In this document: positions 24,978 through 37,228 of the stretch, one piece after another
Position numbering within the stretch: position 1 is the first letter of the stretch
Layout: the number at the start of each line of letters is the position of its first letter
Program-made: the position numbers and the translations under genes
Notes under the pieces: generated by a model
Told to the model about the DNA's origin: nothing
The model's input: only the letters and a program-made list of their open reading frames with translations
Databases searched by the model: none
Assembly (NCBI GenBank): GCA_000934665.2
Contig: JYFJ02003585.1
Coordinates: 1 to 39,876 of the forward strand
Length of the DNA stretch: 39,876 bases
Reading direction: 5' to 3'
From: Catajapyx aquilonaris
Taxonomy: Eukaryota

Positions 24978-25982
24978 TTACAATGACTCAGGAGGTCGTT
25001 TGGGTAGGCATTCAAAAAAGAGTTTCCTCATGCTTGCTAGAGCATTCAATACATCCAGATTCTTCATTTGACGAGACATGTAGCTTAGATAGGCCCCTCG
25101 CATCTTAGCAGCATTCAACTGCTGGATCATCTTCTTCTGCGCCTTTTCGACCTGATATATTTTCTTATCTATGATGTTCCTTTCGATTGTAGCCTTATGA
25201 AGCTTGATCTTTAGATCACTCATGGTTTCAGCCATCCTCTCCATATTTCTATCTGGAACGTGGTCGGGAAAGGTCCAGTTCACCAAGTGCTTGATTCTCA
25301 GCTGCTCTGCTTGAATCCGACTAATCTGCATGTCCTTTTCCACAAGAGACATGTGAAGTCTATTGTTGCAGGCACTCAGCTTAAAATTATTCTGTGCTAG
25401 GATGTGTCTGGTAATTATGTTATTCGAATGTTCTCTTAGCTGAGACCTGCTTGCTAACTTCATTCGGGCCATCCGATTTTTGTACAATCGTATTTCATCT
25501 CGAACACCTTGCAGTTTCTCTCGCAATTTTTCGTTTTCCTGATTGAGGGAATTAAGCATTGGTAATGCGGTCGAATTTATCCCGTACGGTTGTAGCACGA
25601 CATGAAAGTCCTCTTCACGCTGCTTCACCTCTGGATCCCAATGATCGAAAATAGGAAACAGGCGGGCAGCTTTCTTCTTCCAATGAGGTTCTTGATTGTT
25701 CGTCGGCTTTAGTGTTACCTCAAAATATGGGCCTCTCCGGGTGGGTGCTGATTTCACCGGAGTGCAGTATGAAGGAGTCTGCTGTTGACTGGACCCAGAG
25801 CGGAGGTAGAGTGTGCACTGATTAGATGATAACGCGGGGGTAATGTCATGGAGCCGTTGCCAGGTCAGTGGGGAGTCCACTTGTTTGGCACGTAGGCCCC
25901 TTGTGCCTCGCTTGATCATGCCCTGCTCTTCCTTCCATTTCTGCAAGTCCTCGAGTCGCCGCTCCTCCATCTGATTCTCCAT
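24978..25982 (-). CDS. Uncharacterised ~334-aa basic coiled-coil protein, single coding exon (or a long terminal exon from 25997)
   Basis: Longest ORF in the window (over 1 kb without a stop). gccATGG Kozak context at 25982; TTGTTCTAG acceptor at 25998; heptad-like stretches (LNQENEKLREKLQGVRDEIRLYKNRM); minus-strand AATAAA at ~24590. Confidence 0.75.
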   Translation of the reverse strand: MENQMEERRLEDLQKWKEEQGMIKRGTRGLRAKQVDSPLTWQRLHDITPALSSNQCTLYLRSGSSQQQTPSYCTPVKSAPTRRGPYFEVTLKPTNNQEPHWKKKAARLFPIFDHWDPEVKQREEDFHVVLQPYGINSTALPMLNSLNQENEKLREKLQGVRDEIRLYKNRMARMKLASRSQLREHSNNIITRHILAQNNFKLSACNNRLHMSLVEKDMQISRIQAEQLRIKHLVNWTFPDHVPDRNMERMAETMSDLKIKLHKATIERNIIDKKIYQVEKAQKKMIQQLNAAKMRGAYLSYMSRQMKNLDVLNALASMRKLFFECLPKRPPESL

Positions 25983-26898
25983 GGCGATTCTCAATTTCTA
26001 GAACAATAATATAGCCTAATATATTCCCACAGTGAAGAGAGTAACATGGCCGTGCTATTAACTAGGAGGAATAAGGAGATCGGCTGTTTTATATTCGCGG
26101 TTTGAACTATCTGACGTCAGTTTATCGCGTCTTTCTGTGTGGTTTAACTGACGTTACCGAGTTGAAACAGAGCGTATAAAGGTAGACAACTTAGCGATGA
26201 ATTCTGCCCTATTACTTCAAACTTCAAACTTTAGAGGAGAGGTAACTAAACGGTGCTTTGGTAGTAAATTTTTCTCACGAAGTAAAAGTTGAAGATAACT
26301 TATAGCTATTTATAAGTTATCTGCTTGTTCCATGAGAATTGTTGACAATCTTGTCATGAAAATGACGAATGGTATAGTGGAAATATACAACAACAACATC
26401 ACGACATTTCCCTATGAGGGGTAGTCAGCGATCAAGTCAGCGATGAAGGGAGACGCAAGCTAACCCAACATATGAACTAATAAAACTCATGAGAATAAAC
26501 CTAAAAACAACCTGTCCCACCCCCACCCCTGCCCACCTCAGAAACAGACACTCAATATTAAATTTAAATATTACAGTGGAAATATGACCATTTATAAACG
26601 CATAATTCAAGCTATAATGTGCATAGTCTATAATAAAAATAATTACAATTAATTCTGAACAATTACATTTGTTATAAATGTACTTAATTCAGCTATAAAT
26701 GTGAGGTTTACTCTAAAATTATGTAACCAACATTTTGGCTCTAGATCGGACAAGGGTTGGAAAAAATCTGACATAACTATTAAAAGGTCAGGTATGTCAG
26801 TCAAGTACAAGTGAAGGCCATGTTATTAAAAACAGTACTTGTAACTTGCCAGTACTGCTAAATGCAGCAATATATTTTTAGGACATGCAACTGAAATT

Positions 26899-27578
26899 GA
26901 ATGACCCAGAATGGAAAGGGCATAAGTCCACCTTTTGGTCAAAATGACTTTTTCGCGGAAGGAAACTCTTCAGCATAGAGGGCATACGATCCAGTATGAG
27001 AGGGAGCGAAAGTCCCCACCCATATGCTATATTTTAGCATGTCAGAATTGCCTCCAGAATGGCAAAGGGGGAAGATCTAGACTTACACCTTTTCCATGCT
27101 GAAATTGCTGCTTCGGAATGAAAATGCACTTAGTCCATCGTGTCATTATCCGGTAAATACCTACATGTATTCAGGAAAATGTTGAAGTAAAGGGACGGGA
27201 CTTACGTCTCTTTCATTCTGAAAGATGGCAGGATGAGAAAATCTGTGCCGTTCTGTCACATGATAACATAAGTAACACAAAACAATACATTATTTTGTGT
27301 TACTTATGTTATCATGTGACAGAACGGCACAGATTTTCCCATCCTGCCATCTTTCAGAATGAAAGGGACGTAAGTCCCGTCCCTTTAAATCGCTCTCACG
27401 CATCTGTCATGACGCGTTTTCCACCGAACTCTGCTCAACATGATGCCAATGTCGACTAAGATCAACATTCCCGCGAGTCCGACCACCTTGACGAATTTAC
27501 AATGCCGCATTTAAGTTTTTTGTCTCCCCTGTAAAATTTTGTCTCATGGACTTATGCCCTTTCCATTCTGGGTCATTC
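26899..27578. mobile_element. MITE with perfect 32-bp TIRs flanked by AATT (Sola-like candidate)
   Basis: GAATGACCCAGAATGGAAAGGGCATAAGTCCA pairs with its reverse complement at 27547-27578; AATT on both sides. Confidence 0.8.
27188..27387. repeat. 200-bp hairpin inside the 26899-27578 element
   Basis: 95-bp arms with 2 mismatches and a ~10-nt loop (CAATACATTA). Confidence 0.92.
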
Positions 27579-28426
27579 AATTTAACTCCACTGTTGCCCT
27601 GGTGCGAACCATAAACGTAATACTGACGACACTGATTCAGTTAACTTAAAGCAAGGTTATATAGCAAGTCTGCAGTTGAAGGCACCGAATTGAATGTAGT
27701 GAACTCAGCAGCATTCCAGATCCTCGAGTATAAAAAGAGGAGAGTGTGATATAAGCACGGTTCCAAACTTTTTCCCTGCCGCTGTATCTCGTGTCGGTAA
27801 CAATCGTGCAAGAAAACTTGGGGAGTAACCTGATTTCTCTGGGCGCAAATTTAATTCTAGCTGGAGAGGAAATGCAGAAACGAGACTGGGAAAGTTTAGG
27901 GAGCAGGAGGCAAACTCGTTAGCCACCAATTCTCTTCCGATTACGGAAATTGCTGGACCAGTTACCAACTTATTTGATTTAACGGCTGTTTTCAAACCCG
28001 CGGCCCCTATTGATTAATTTAAGAGTCGTAACACAGCTTTTGTGGGTGGACTTGTGCCTACTACTTAACCGACATGATACGCTTGATAGGACTCGTTGCC
28101 CAATTTGCTGGGTTTTTGATTTCTACGTCATATAAACTGGGCCACCATCAGGATGCAATATTTTTGGGACATGGCGTAATGAGTAGCATGATTGCAACGA
28201 GCATCACGTGCAATTTAGGATAAATCGAGTCAAATGCGGGGGCGCGTTTGAAATGGAATCAATTGAATACCACTCTGCAGTGGAACACATGCCATATAAA
28301 ATGTACGAATGTTTTATTGTGAAGGACCTATGACATGTACTATTGGACCTGAAAAGTGGGGTTGCGACTGATTGAATACACATTGAAACCTGCCATCAAT
28401 ATAGTTGATATAAACTGCTGGAGGGC

Positions 28427-28696
28427 TAGGGCGACACGGTGGCGGAGTGGTTAGCGCCGCAGCCTTCCACCTCTAAGGTCCCGAGTTCGATCCCCGGGTC
28501 GGACAGAGGATACGGTACTTATGTGGATAGAGTTTCGATGGGTTCTCTCCGTGTTCGCGTGGGTTTTCTCGGGGTTCTCCCGTTTCCTCCCACAATCAAA
28601 ATCCATCACAGCGCAGGCAATGATTAAAGTCGGTTAATTAAAAAGATGATCCCCTAAGAGGCCCAAGGAGGCCTATCACGGGGTATCCATTATTAT
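28427..28696 (+). mobile_element. tRNA-derived SINE, family B, with a V-domain-like core (V-SINE)
   Basis: A-box GTGGCGGAGTGG, B-box GTTCGATCC (28485-28493), core TTCTCTCCGTGTTCGCGTGGGTTTTCTCGGGGTTCTCCCGTTTCCTCCCACA, (ATT)n tail, and 14-bp TSD AACTGCTGGAGGGC (28413-28426 / 28697-28710). Confidence 0.9.
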
Positions 28697-31600
28697 AACT
28701 GCTGGAGGGCAACCTCATATTCTGCATAGACAAATCTTGCAATTACGCTCTTTGTATGCCATTAGCTGAAGGAGCAGTATGCTAAAATATGACGGTTAGA
28801 AGAAGCTGCATAGAGTTCAGTCCAGTGCTAGCAGAGGTTAAAGGCATTAAACTGAAATGAGCTCCTTAGCTATTTAGAAACAGGCAGTTATTTGACGCTC
28901 TCACATTGCTGCGGACACTCATGCCCGAAGTATTTTGATGGTTGAGCTGTTTCTTTTCCGTTAAGGTCGAGAACCCCTTGTTGCTTGTTCCTCTACAATA
29001 TGCCTAAGATCCGATATCGTGTACTCGTTAGTCGATAATACTAGAGTATTTACTCCTGCAGAGTTAAGTGAGTTAGTGCGACCCCCGCACCAAAGACCGG
29101 AACTTTGAAGACTATTCCATTACCATGCATAGTGGCAGAATAGATGGGGGCAATCATGACCGACCATAATCGAGGCTATTGGGAGGTGAAAAATGTGCTT
29201 TAATCACTAAAGCGCAGATATCTGATGGCTGATCTGAAGTTTTGAGAGCGGCCGATGTCTGACGAGAGGGCATTTGGCGTGATGAAGCATTCATTAAAGA
29301 GCATTTGAATTCTCGGCTGCACACCGGTTCCTTTATGACTCTTCTCTGGAGAGAACCATCTGTTTTATGAAAGCGGATGATGCTCTTTGGCCGTAATGCT
29401 AAAACTGGCTCGGCGTAAAAGCAACACGAGGGAGGGGGAATGGACCTGTCTCCAGAGAACCACAAAGCCTCAAGTCCTGCGAATACGGCGCCGAGGAACA
29501 TTGCACTATATACCATATATATCTCTGCGCCTCCTAATACTCATCTTCTCCGCGTATGTCAATAGCCTATCTGGCTCTAGCTTTATTACTTTCACCTTGC
29601 TAATCTCAATGTTTACCTTTACGAGGACTCGCATTCGCTTGATGCATGATGAGCTATTACGCATAATTGTCAGATGTGCCAACTTGCTGGCTGACTACAA
29701 AAACTTGGTTTTGCACAGAGGATAAGAATATTTTTGGATTTTATGACTTCACGACCCAGCAAGAGAAGTTCGCTGACTTCCGTTCAGACATGGCATTCCA
29801 AGTTGATGTTAAAAATATAATTGCTCTTAGCGTTATAAACATAAATTTTCAAACTGGCAATCAAGTTGGCTCTCGCAGTGTTGTTGAAAAAAAGTTCCCT
29901 AATTATGGCGTTGTTTGATTTGGTGTGGAAAAAATAGTTTTTTGTGTGTGTAGGTGTGTGGAAGGAAAAAAAACTAAGCTGGACCATTGTGTTTTCTGGA
30001 GATTGGGGTTGGGAGGTGTTGACGAGGGGCGTGATCCACTATGATGAGTCCCTAGAGCCAAACCAAGCCCTTATTATTTTTTCCATCGGAAAACTAGAGG
30101 AGCGAAGGACCCCTCAGAGTTCGTTCTACTCAACGACTGAGCTGGCCTTTGGTCTTTCGACAAGATCTCGACCCCTATCTATTTGCAAGGTCACCTCTGC
30201 GTTTCTTTTGGAAAGTAATGAACTGAACTTGGGAGAAAATTCTGCTGAAATTGTGTCCACACATTAATTACATCGTAACGCGTGTGATTAGAGCGAATAC
30301 GCATTATGTGTGATATTGAAGCTTATTTGAAAAGGTCTGGAGCTAATAATGCATTCTTGCCTATTTTACGTTCCAAAGCGAATGGTGCTAACAACAATTA
30401 GCATTTTCATTTCTCTAGCAAATTCTTCAAATTACAAAGGCGCGCGTACTGTATATTTTTGTGGTGCCCGTGAGATTTTTACGACGAGAAATACTTTCGC
30501 TCTGTGCATACACGCAAATACGGATTGGGAAATTTTCCAACGCTATTACTTGGCGTTAGTGCACTTTTGCCTGGGGCTGGGAGGGTAGTATTTTTGATGC
30601 AAATGTGCAATGTTTTTCATTTTCCATCATGGCTGGATTTAGACAGGGTGTGGGCAGCCGTAGTAATATCGGAACGGTAGAATATGGTTGGGAAATGGGA
30701 AGACACTTTCAGTTTTGTCAGATTCATTCGTCAGTACGGATTTTAGAGGGTAAACAATTTAATAATTAAGTTATTGTTGTTTTCTGAATGAAATTGCGCA
30801 TGATGCTTCTACATGATGATGCTTTGTTCTGGAATACACTGAATAAGTATAATGGCACGGTAGGAGAAAATGTAGTATGATAAAAGCTGCATTGGGCACT
30901 GGTCTCACAGGCACTTCTAGTCTAGCCCACTAGTGTCTATATCGGCCTAGTAATAGCACATGCCTAACGAAAAGGCCACGGAGGTATTGCGGTCGAGCCG
31001 GAAATACCACGGGTGGTTTTGAGCCCCATCGATCCATCAGACCTAGGAGCCGAGAAGAGCATGAAATATAACACAGTCCCGCTGGACACTACTATTTCCT
31101 TAAGTCACGGCCTCGGGTATTTGATTCCTATCCTCTAAACGGGACTAAATTAGAAATGAAACCGTTTTGTCCCAGCATTTTATTACTCGTGGCAATATAG
31201 ATCTGAAAGCCTGTTATTGCAGTTGCTAAAGGGAATGAAAAAAATAGGCAGACCGATAAGAAGTCGTGGTCAGGTCGTCTGCGTATCTGTCGGGATAAAA
31301 TTATACGCGGGGGAATTTTATCGCCAGAACGGGCCAGGTTGAGCGAGGAGATTTACAGGGATACTTGGCACGGCTGGGAGGTGAAGTGGAGCTCATAAAC
31401 AGAATGGTAATCTTTTTGGATAACGTGGCGTAATCATCTGCTTGGGAAAAGAAACAAATTTTGCCTCCCCCGGTTGTTTCTTTTTTTTTCGAAAAAAAAG
31501 AAGCACAGATAAGGATGAAACATGCTACTCTGGCCTGGCATTTCGGGTAAGGCGTGGTAAAAGTTGGATGCTAAAAAGAGAAACAAGAACGCTGGTTGGG

Positions 31601-34078
31601 GCCGTTTTCAGAGTGGTTATTGTCTAGGTTTTAGCTGCGATCTTGCCTTGTCGACTGGTCTATTCAAAGTAATCAATTACATATTATTTTGTGACATGAC
31701 GAGCTTTGTTGCTCTCAAGTCTAAAATATCGTGCTTTGGTTCGGATTAAGCATTTTTAAATTTACATTTTACAAGGTTATTAATTTGTATGGTAAGCGAC
31801 CAATAAGCGACCCAGTAGATCACTGAATGAGATAATGGTTCTTAATGTCTAAGCTCTGAAAATTCGAATTATGGCCTCATCGGATGTTGAAAGTGCATGA
31901 TTAACATTAACATTAATCAGATTAATTCCGAAACTAAATAAGACAATTCTCTTGGAACACCATGTACTGTATAATCCCACAGTTGCTACAGGCTACTGAT
32001 ACTGTACGGATTCACTTGTGCTTTAGACTAGAGCTAGAAAGCAATTTCTGTACTTTACCAGACACTCACGATTATAATTATACCCACGTCTTAGGGCGGG
32101 TTCGATTACTGTAGTTATAAATGTAAGAATAACGTACTGTTGTCATGATAGTAGAATCCGGTTTAGATTCACTGATTTCTGTAGCCTCTGTAGAGAAGGT
32201 CCGTGCGACTAGTCCAATCAGGGAAATATTCAAACGTCAAATCCGGGTATTGTTCCAAAGAGTAGTGCTTGTTTCTGCCGGGGAAAGACATTTATATGAA
32301 ATATTCATCACACTATAAACTGCAAAAGCTGTGACAAGAATACTGCATCATGCAGCACAGCTGACGCATAGGTCCTTTTCAAACCTGCTGGCGAAACTGC
32401 TTCAGTATAAACAATTTATTTGTGCCCACATGCGGGGGAGGGGGGGGGGGCTTGAAGTTGTCATGAATTTCTTTGATGGGTTTATCAGATAAACCCAACA
32501 AAAAATTCATCTCTATACTTACACCCAAGATTGTAGGGGAGGTTCGTTCATCCTACCTCAACAATATATCTCCCCACCCACGTCTGTGCCCCATTTTCTC
32601 CCACATCCTTTCGGATCCCATACCACCATCAGACAATAGAAGCCTAGGACTTCTTTTTTACAATGACTGGGAAGATGGGAAATACAAGGGCCCTGCACTT
32701 GTACTCGATTGGAAGTGAGGACATTTCTGCCCTAACCTCGAATGGGGATGCTCTTAACTAAGCACTGACGTCTCTGCGCATAAATAATAAATGATTTAAT
32801 TCAGAGTTCACTTGCTTCTTCATTGAATTCTGAGCTAAGCTGGGACAAATTAGATTTTCTCATCTATTACCGAATCTATAGAGCCATACTCAGCTGCGGA
32901 TCCAATAGCATGAGGATGTTCACCAGTATGAACATCTGACTAATGTAGTAGGCCTAAATAATGGAAATCACGCTGGAACTGCAGCAGCGTAGCCTACCAT
33001 AAGACAGTCATCATAATGTTGCTGGTCGGTCACAGTGCAGTGCAGTGAACGTGGGAAATGCATAGGCAATGTAACGGTCCAGGGCTGTTTATCGTTACTT
33101 AATTAGTTTAACAACGTGCAGGGGATACAAACTGCTTTGAAAAATTGACCGTGCTGTTCCTGCGTGATCTACTCCATAGGCATGAGGTAAAACGAATAAA
33201 TGGTCTTCAGTGACAGTGCTGCACTCTATAATTATCCAGAGGATGATTATAAGGCCGAGAAAATATTGGTAGGTTATGGAGCGGATCAATTCGGCTTGAT
33301 ATATTGTACCCTTATAGCATGCGGTCAGGACATTTTGCTTAAGCTGTCCCACCTCTAGGCACAGTATCCCAATTGGAGTGCAAACATTCGAAAATGATGG
33401 AAATGATGAGGTACCGGTACAGTATATTCTCGTCAAAATTCACCGCACTCATGGCTGCTCATTATTTTATAACCTGCTATAGTCTGGAAATGGAAAAAAT
33501 AATGTGGGTAAGAAACAAACATGCAGGGACATGGTCTTTATTACAAGGCTCATTTATAAAACTGGCTTTTTGACCTAAGGTTGGCTTGTAAAAATACCTC
33601 ATATTTAAGAACAGAGTGGATTATTAAACGAACTAGAGTATGTGGCGAAAATCTGCTCTGCGTCTAAGTTATCTGGTTTAAAGGCTTTCGTTTCAAGCGA
33701 AGAGGAATATTTTAATTTATTTATACATTCTCTCACTTTGTCCAGCTTGCAGAGTGCATAGTTTAGCCTATGCCTCCATTAAAATTAATCTATATGAATA
33801 ATATCCTTGGCCGCCTTTGGGAGTTACATTGCCTGGTCCGCATCATCGCGCATTATGATTATGTACTGTACAGTAGTATGTTCAAATTCAACTCAATTCA
33901 AATAAGCCTAATTTATATTTTTGATAGCGCTTGAAAGTGACTATTCAAAACTACTAAGGTAACTGCTTAAGAGCAAGCGCTCAGTCAGAAAAAATCGTTA
34001 ACTCAAATGGACATATCAGATCAGTGGAACACATTGCACAGGTAGATTATGTAGTTGTACTGTGTCTTTAATACTATA

Positions 34079-34577
34079 CAGTCGACTCAGAATATAACGG
34101 ACTTCAAGGGACCGCGGAAATCAGTTTCCTTATAACAATGAGTCGTTGTCGTTTTATGATGTTCATTGTGATACCAATGATTGTCACGTATCTGACACTG
34201 GGTAGCCGCAATACATTATTATGTTACATCCATTGCGGTAAGCTGATTAATTCTGTACGCAGCTATGCGAATGACCTGATGCATTTAACTTGTTCTAGTT
34301 GGCACTTGTTCAGGATTATTCAGAGCATACCTCTATAGTTATATTCAACATAATATGTTGAATATAACTATAGAGGTATGCTCTGAATAATCCGGAATAA
34401 GTGCCAACTAGAACAAGTTAAATGCATCAGGTCATTCGCATAGCTGCGTACAGAATTAATCAGCTTACCGCAATGGATGTAACATAATAATGTATTGCGG
34501 CTACCCAGTGTCAGATACGTGACAATCATTGGTATCACAATGAACATCATAAAACGACAACGACTCATTGTTATAAG
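34079..34577. mobile_element. pogo/Tigger-like left end followed by a 449-bp near-perfect palindrome (34129-34577)
   Basis: TA|CAGTCGACTCAGAATATAACGGAC start; 224-bp arms with 2 mismatches and a 1-nt centre at 34353; the outer 50 bp have no right-hand counterpart. Confidence 0.85.
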
Positions 34578-34649
34578 TTGCAATATATTATAAACTTTGA
34601 ATTTGGTGCTACGTCGAGCTTACACATGTACAACTTATACCACAATGTT

Positions 34650-35188
34650 TTTTTTTGTACCCCGTGCTAGGGCCATAGGCCCTCATAGGGGGGTGGAATA
34701 CCACCATTTGTTTTTGGAACCATATATAGTAATTATATTTAGTTGTTCCAAGGGTAAGTATACTTACCCTTGGAACAACTAAATATAATTACTATATATG
34801 GGAGGATGTGCAAAGTGCAAGTGCAATGTCATTGCTTGGTCATTTTGTGAACTCCCCCAGGTGGATTAGTCTAGCGGAAATTTCCACCCGAGATGAAGCC
34901 AGAGATGGCCCAACTCTGCACGAGATGAAGGGGGGAACCCCGGGCTGGGATCGAACCCGGGACCTTAACATCCGTGGGCGCGTGCGTTACCGCAGCACCA
35001 CTCCGCCTCCCCTAAAAAGTGAATTATTCCTGCTTATAGGTTTCGGATACTGCTTACGACACTTCCATCGCCTAGGTCNTCGCTTTCTTTACGGCGCTAC
35101 TGCTACTTCTCGCCCCTTACGGCGGAGTATAAACCCACCTTTAACATCCGTGGGCGCATACGTTACCGCAGCACCACTCCGCCCCCCT
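34650..35188 (-). mobile_element. Composite SINE family A copy with a duplicated tRNA head and internal palindrome
   Basis: Homologous to 20621-20958. Poly-A tail appears as the T-run at 34648-34657. The head occurs twice (34962-35013 and 35138-35188). A 15-bp TSD TTATACCACAATGTT (34635-34649 / 35189-35203) brackets the whole unit. Confidence 0.85.
34720..34801. repeat. Perfect 82-bp spacerless palindrome within the SINE
   Basis: CCATATATAG...GGTAAGTA|TACTTACC...CTATATATGG. Confidence 0.95.
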
Positions 35189-36651
35189 TTATACCACAAT
35201 GTTACTCTCCATGATCAAAATAGAACTGCTCTGTTTGTCACACACCTCCCTTTCATTACATGTAACCATCCCCTAGTGACGTTGGTATTAATAATAACAA
35301 CACCAAAATGGTACAAAAGTTTATTATTACATGCCAGTATTTATTTTTAGATATTTAAAAAAATGGAAGGATCCAGCTTTGCTTCCACCATAGGCATTTT
35401 AAGAATAATTTTTATGTTGTGCAGAAGCTATTTTAAAGGTTCATAAATATTACTGAATGTGACAGTCGGTATGAAGTCCAACAGCACCTAAAACTGACAG
35501 TGAGAATTTGTGTCGTTCATCTAAGATCTAAGTTGCATTACCTTTGAAGATAATTAAAGAATTTAGCCGCAGAAAGTGCTCTATTTTATTTTCCTTCTCA
35601 AAGAAAAATCAGTGTAAGACTACAGTGAGCCAGATCCCAGATGAAGGAATTAAGGGGAGTCAGGGTAGTAATAGAAGGGAGGATTAGTGTGAAGAATTTA
35701 ATTTCCTTTGGGACAGCTTAGGAGGGGTAGGGAATTTCCGTAATCCAAAATCCTTTGGCCATTTCAGCGCACTATTCTATGCGAGACTCTAAGGACATTG
35801 TTAGTTATATCTGATCAGCCCAAGAGATATGGCAATGATATAATCTATATTTTTTTGCGGATGTTTTTTCTCCAATCTGATATGTTTTGCACATTGTATA
35901 GATAGGCCATAAGGTTTCAGTGGTTCAGCGAGGCAAATTGCATTATTATTTGTTTCATATTTTATTGTATCCTGGCAGATTACTATTTTTGTGCAACTGG
36001 AATTTTATTAACCTGTATTAATGTTGTAGTTATCCTGATCATTTCTCTCGACAATATGAAGAGAAATCTTTCAAGCTTTGACAAAGTGGAGTCAGATTCA
36101 ATACTATACGTGGCTGGCTTGAAAATTTTGCATATAAAGACCTGAAATGCAGACAGACGAGTCACATTCTTTCTTCAGAATTGATTTAGGCATTGTGTAG
36201 CATAGTCATGATGCTTATTTTATGATGGTCAAGCCAGTTTTCTGCAAGGAATATACCTATACTAGCTCTAATATTAGAATTAGAAATCAGCATTTGCTGA
36301 TGACTTAGTCATTTTGTGAGCTAATCCACTTTACCTGCAATGCAATTTAAATATTTTTCGAAAATATTTCTAGATGAATAATTTACAGATAAATCTAAAT
36401 AAGACGAATGTACGAGTACTTTGTTTCCGCAGAGGCGATAAGCAACCGGACCGATCTTTTTGGTGGGATAAAACTCGGTTAACCCCCACCAATGCCTACA
36501 TTTACTTAGGAGTCCCATTCTCTGTTTCGGGTAAATTTCAATTAGCGGTGCAATATTTCAAGGCCAAAGCCATATCAACGATAAATGCCTTATGGCCAAC
36601 CCTCATAAAACTAAAAAAAGAGACATCCAGGTTGCTATAAAACTGTTTAAT

Positions 36652-37228
36652 CAGCCCCCTGACACAGCCCACCTACATGTATGATGACGGTAGGTTAATA
36701 ACTGTGTCCTGGCCAGACGGCGCTGATGGCGGAACATGGCGGATGTACCTCCAGTGTCTGCCGCCACCTTGAAGGCCCATTCCGGTTGGCTGGCAAGTCA
36801 ATCTGCCTGCGGGTGGGTGCCAAAAAAAACATGCCGAAAAAAGTACGGTACTGCTAGCTATCTTCAGTCATGTCTAAATGAAATAAATAGTACACTTACA
36901 ATGCTCGGTAAATTGTGCAGAAGGCATTCTGGACACACCAAAAATGTCAAGCGAGCAGGAGGTGATTGTAAAAGAGCATTGTAAGTGTACTATTTATTTT
37001 ATTTAGACATGACTAAAGATAGCTAGCAGTACCGAGCAGTACCGTACTTATTTTTCGGCATATTTTTTTTGGCACCCACCCGCAGGCAGATTGACTTGCC
37101 AGCCAACCGGAATGGGCCTTCAAGATGGCGGCAGACACTGGAGGGACATCCGCCATGTTCCGCCATCAGCGCCGTCTGGCCAGGACACAGGTGTTAACCT
37201 ACCGTATTCGAGGAGTGTCATAGGCCTG
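36652..37228. mobile_element. hAT-like insertion interrupting the LINE
   Basis: CAGCCCCCTGACAC pairs imperfectly with GTGTCATAGGCCTG; 8-bp TSD TGTTTAAT (36644-36651 / 37229-37236); removing it restores VAIKLFNAHILP. Confidence 0.85.
36687..37205. mobile_element. Long-TIR MITE (~220-bp arms) nested in or forming the body of 36652-37228
   Basis: ACGGTAGGTTAA...ACAATGCTC (to ~36906) is mirrored by GAGCATTGT...TTAACCTACCGT (~36974-37205). Confidence 0.85.

Noticed and set aside
27705..28020. 96-aa minus ORF and overlapping plus frame
   Set aside because: The plus frame has an internal stop, the minus frame has no usable splice sites or ATG, and no homology was recognised.
34138..34583. Identical ORF pair on opposite strands
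   Set aside because: This is a by-product of the 449-bp palindrome.
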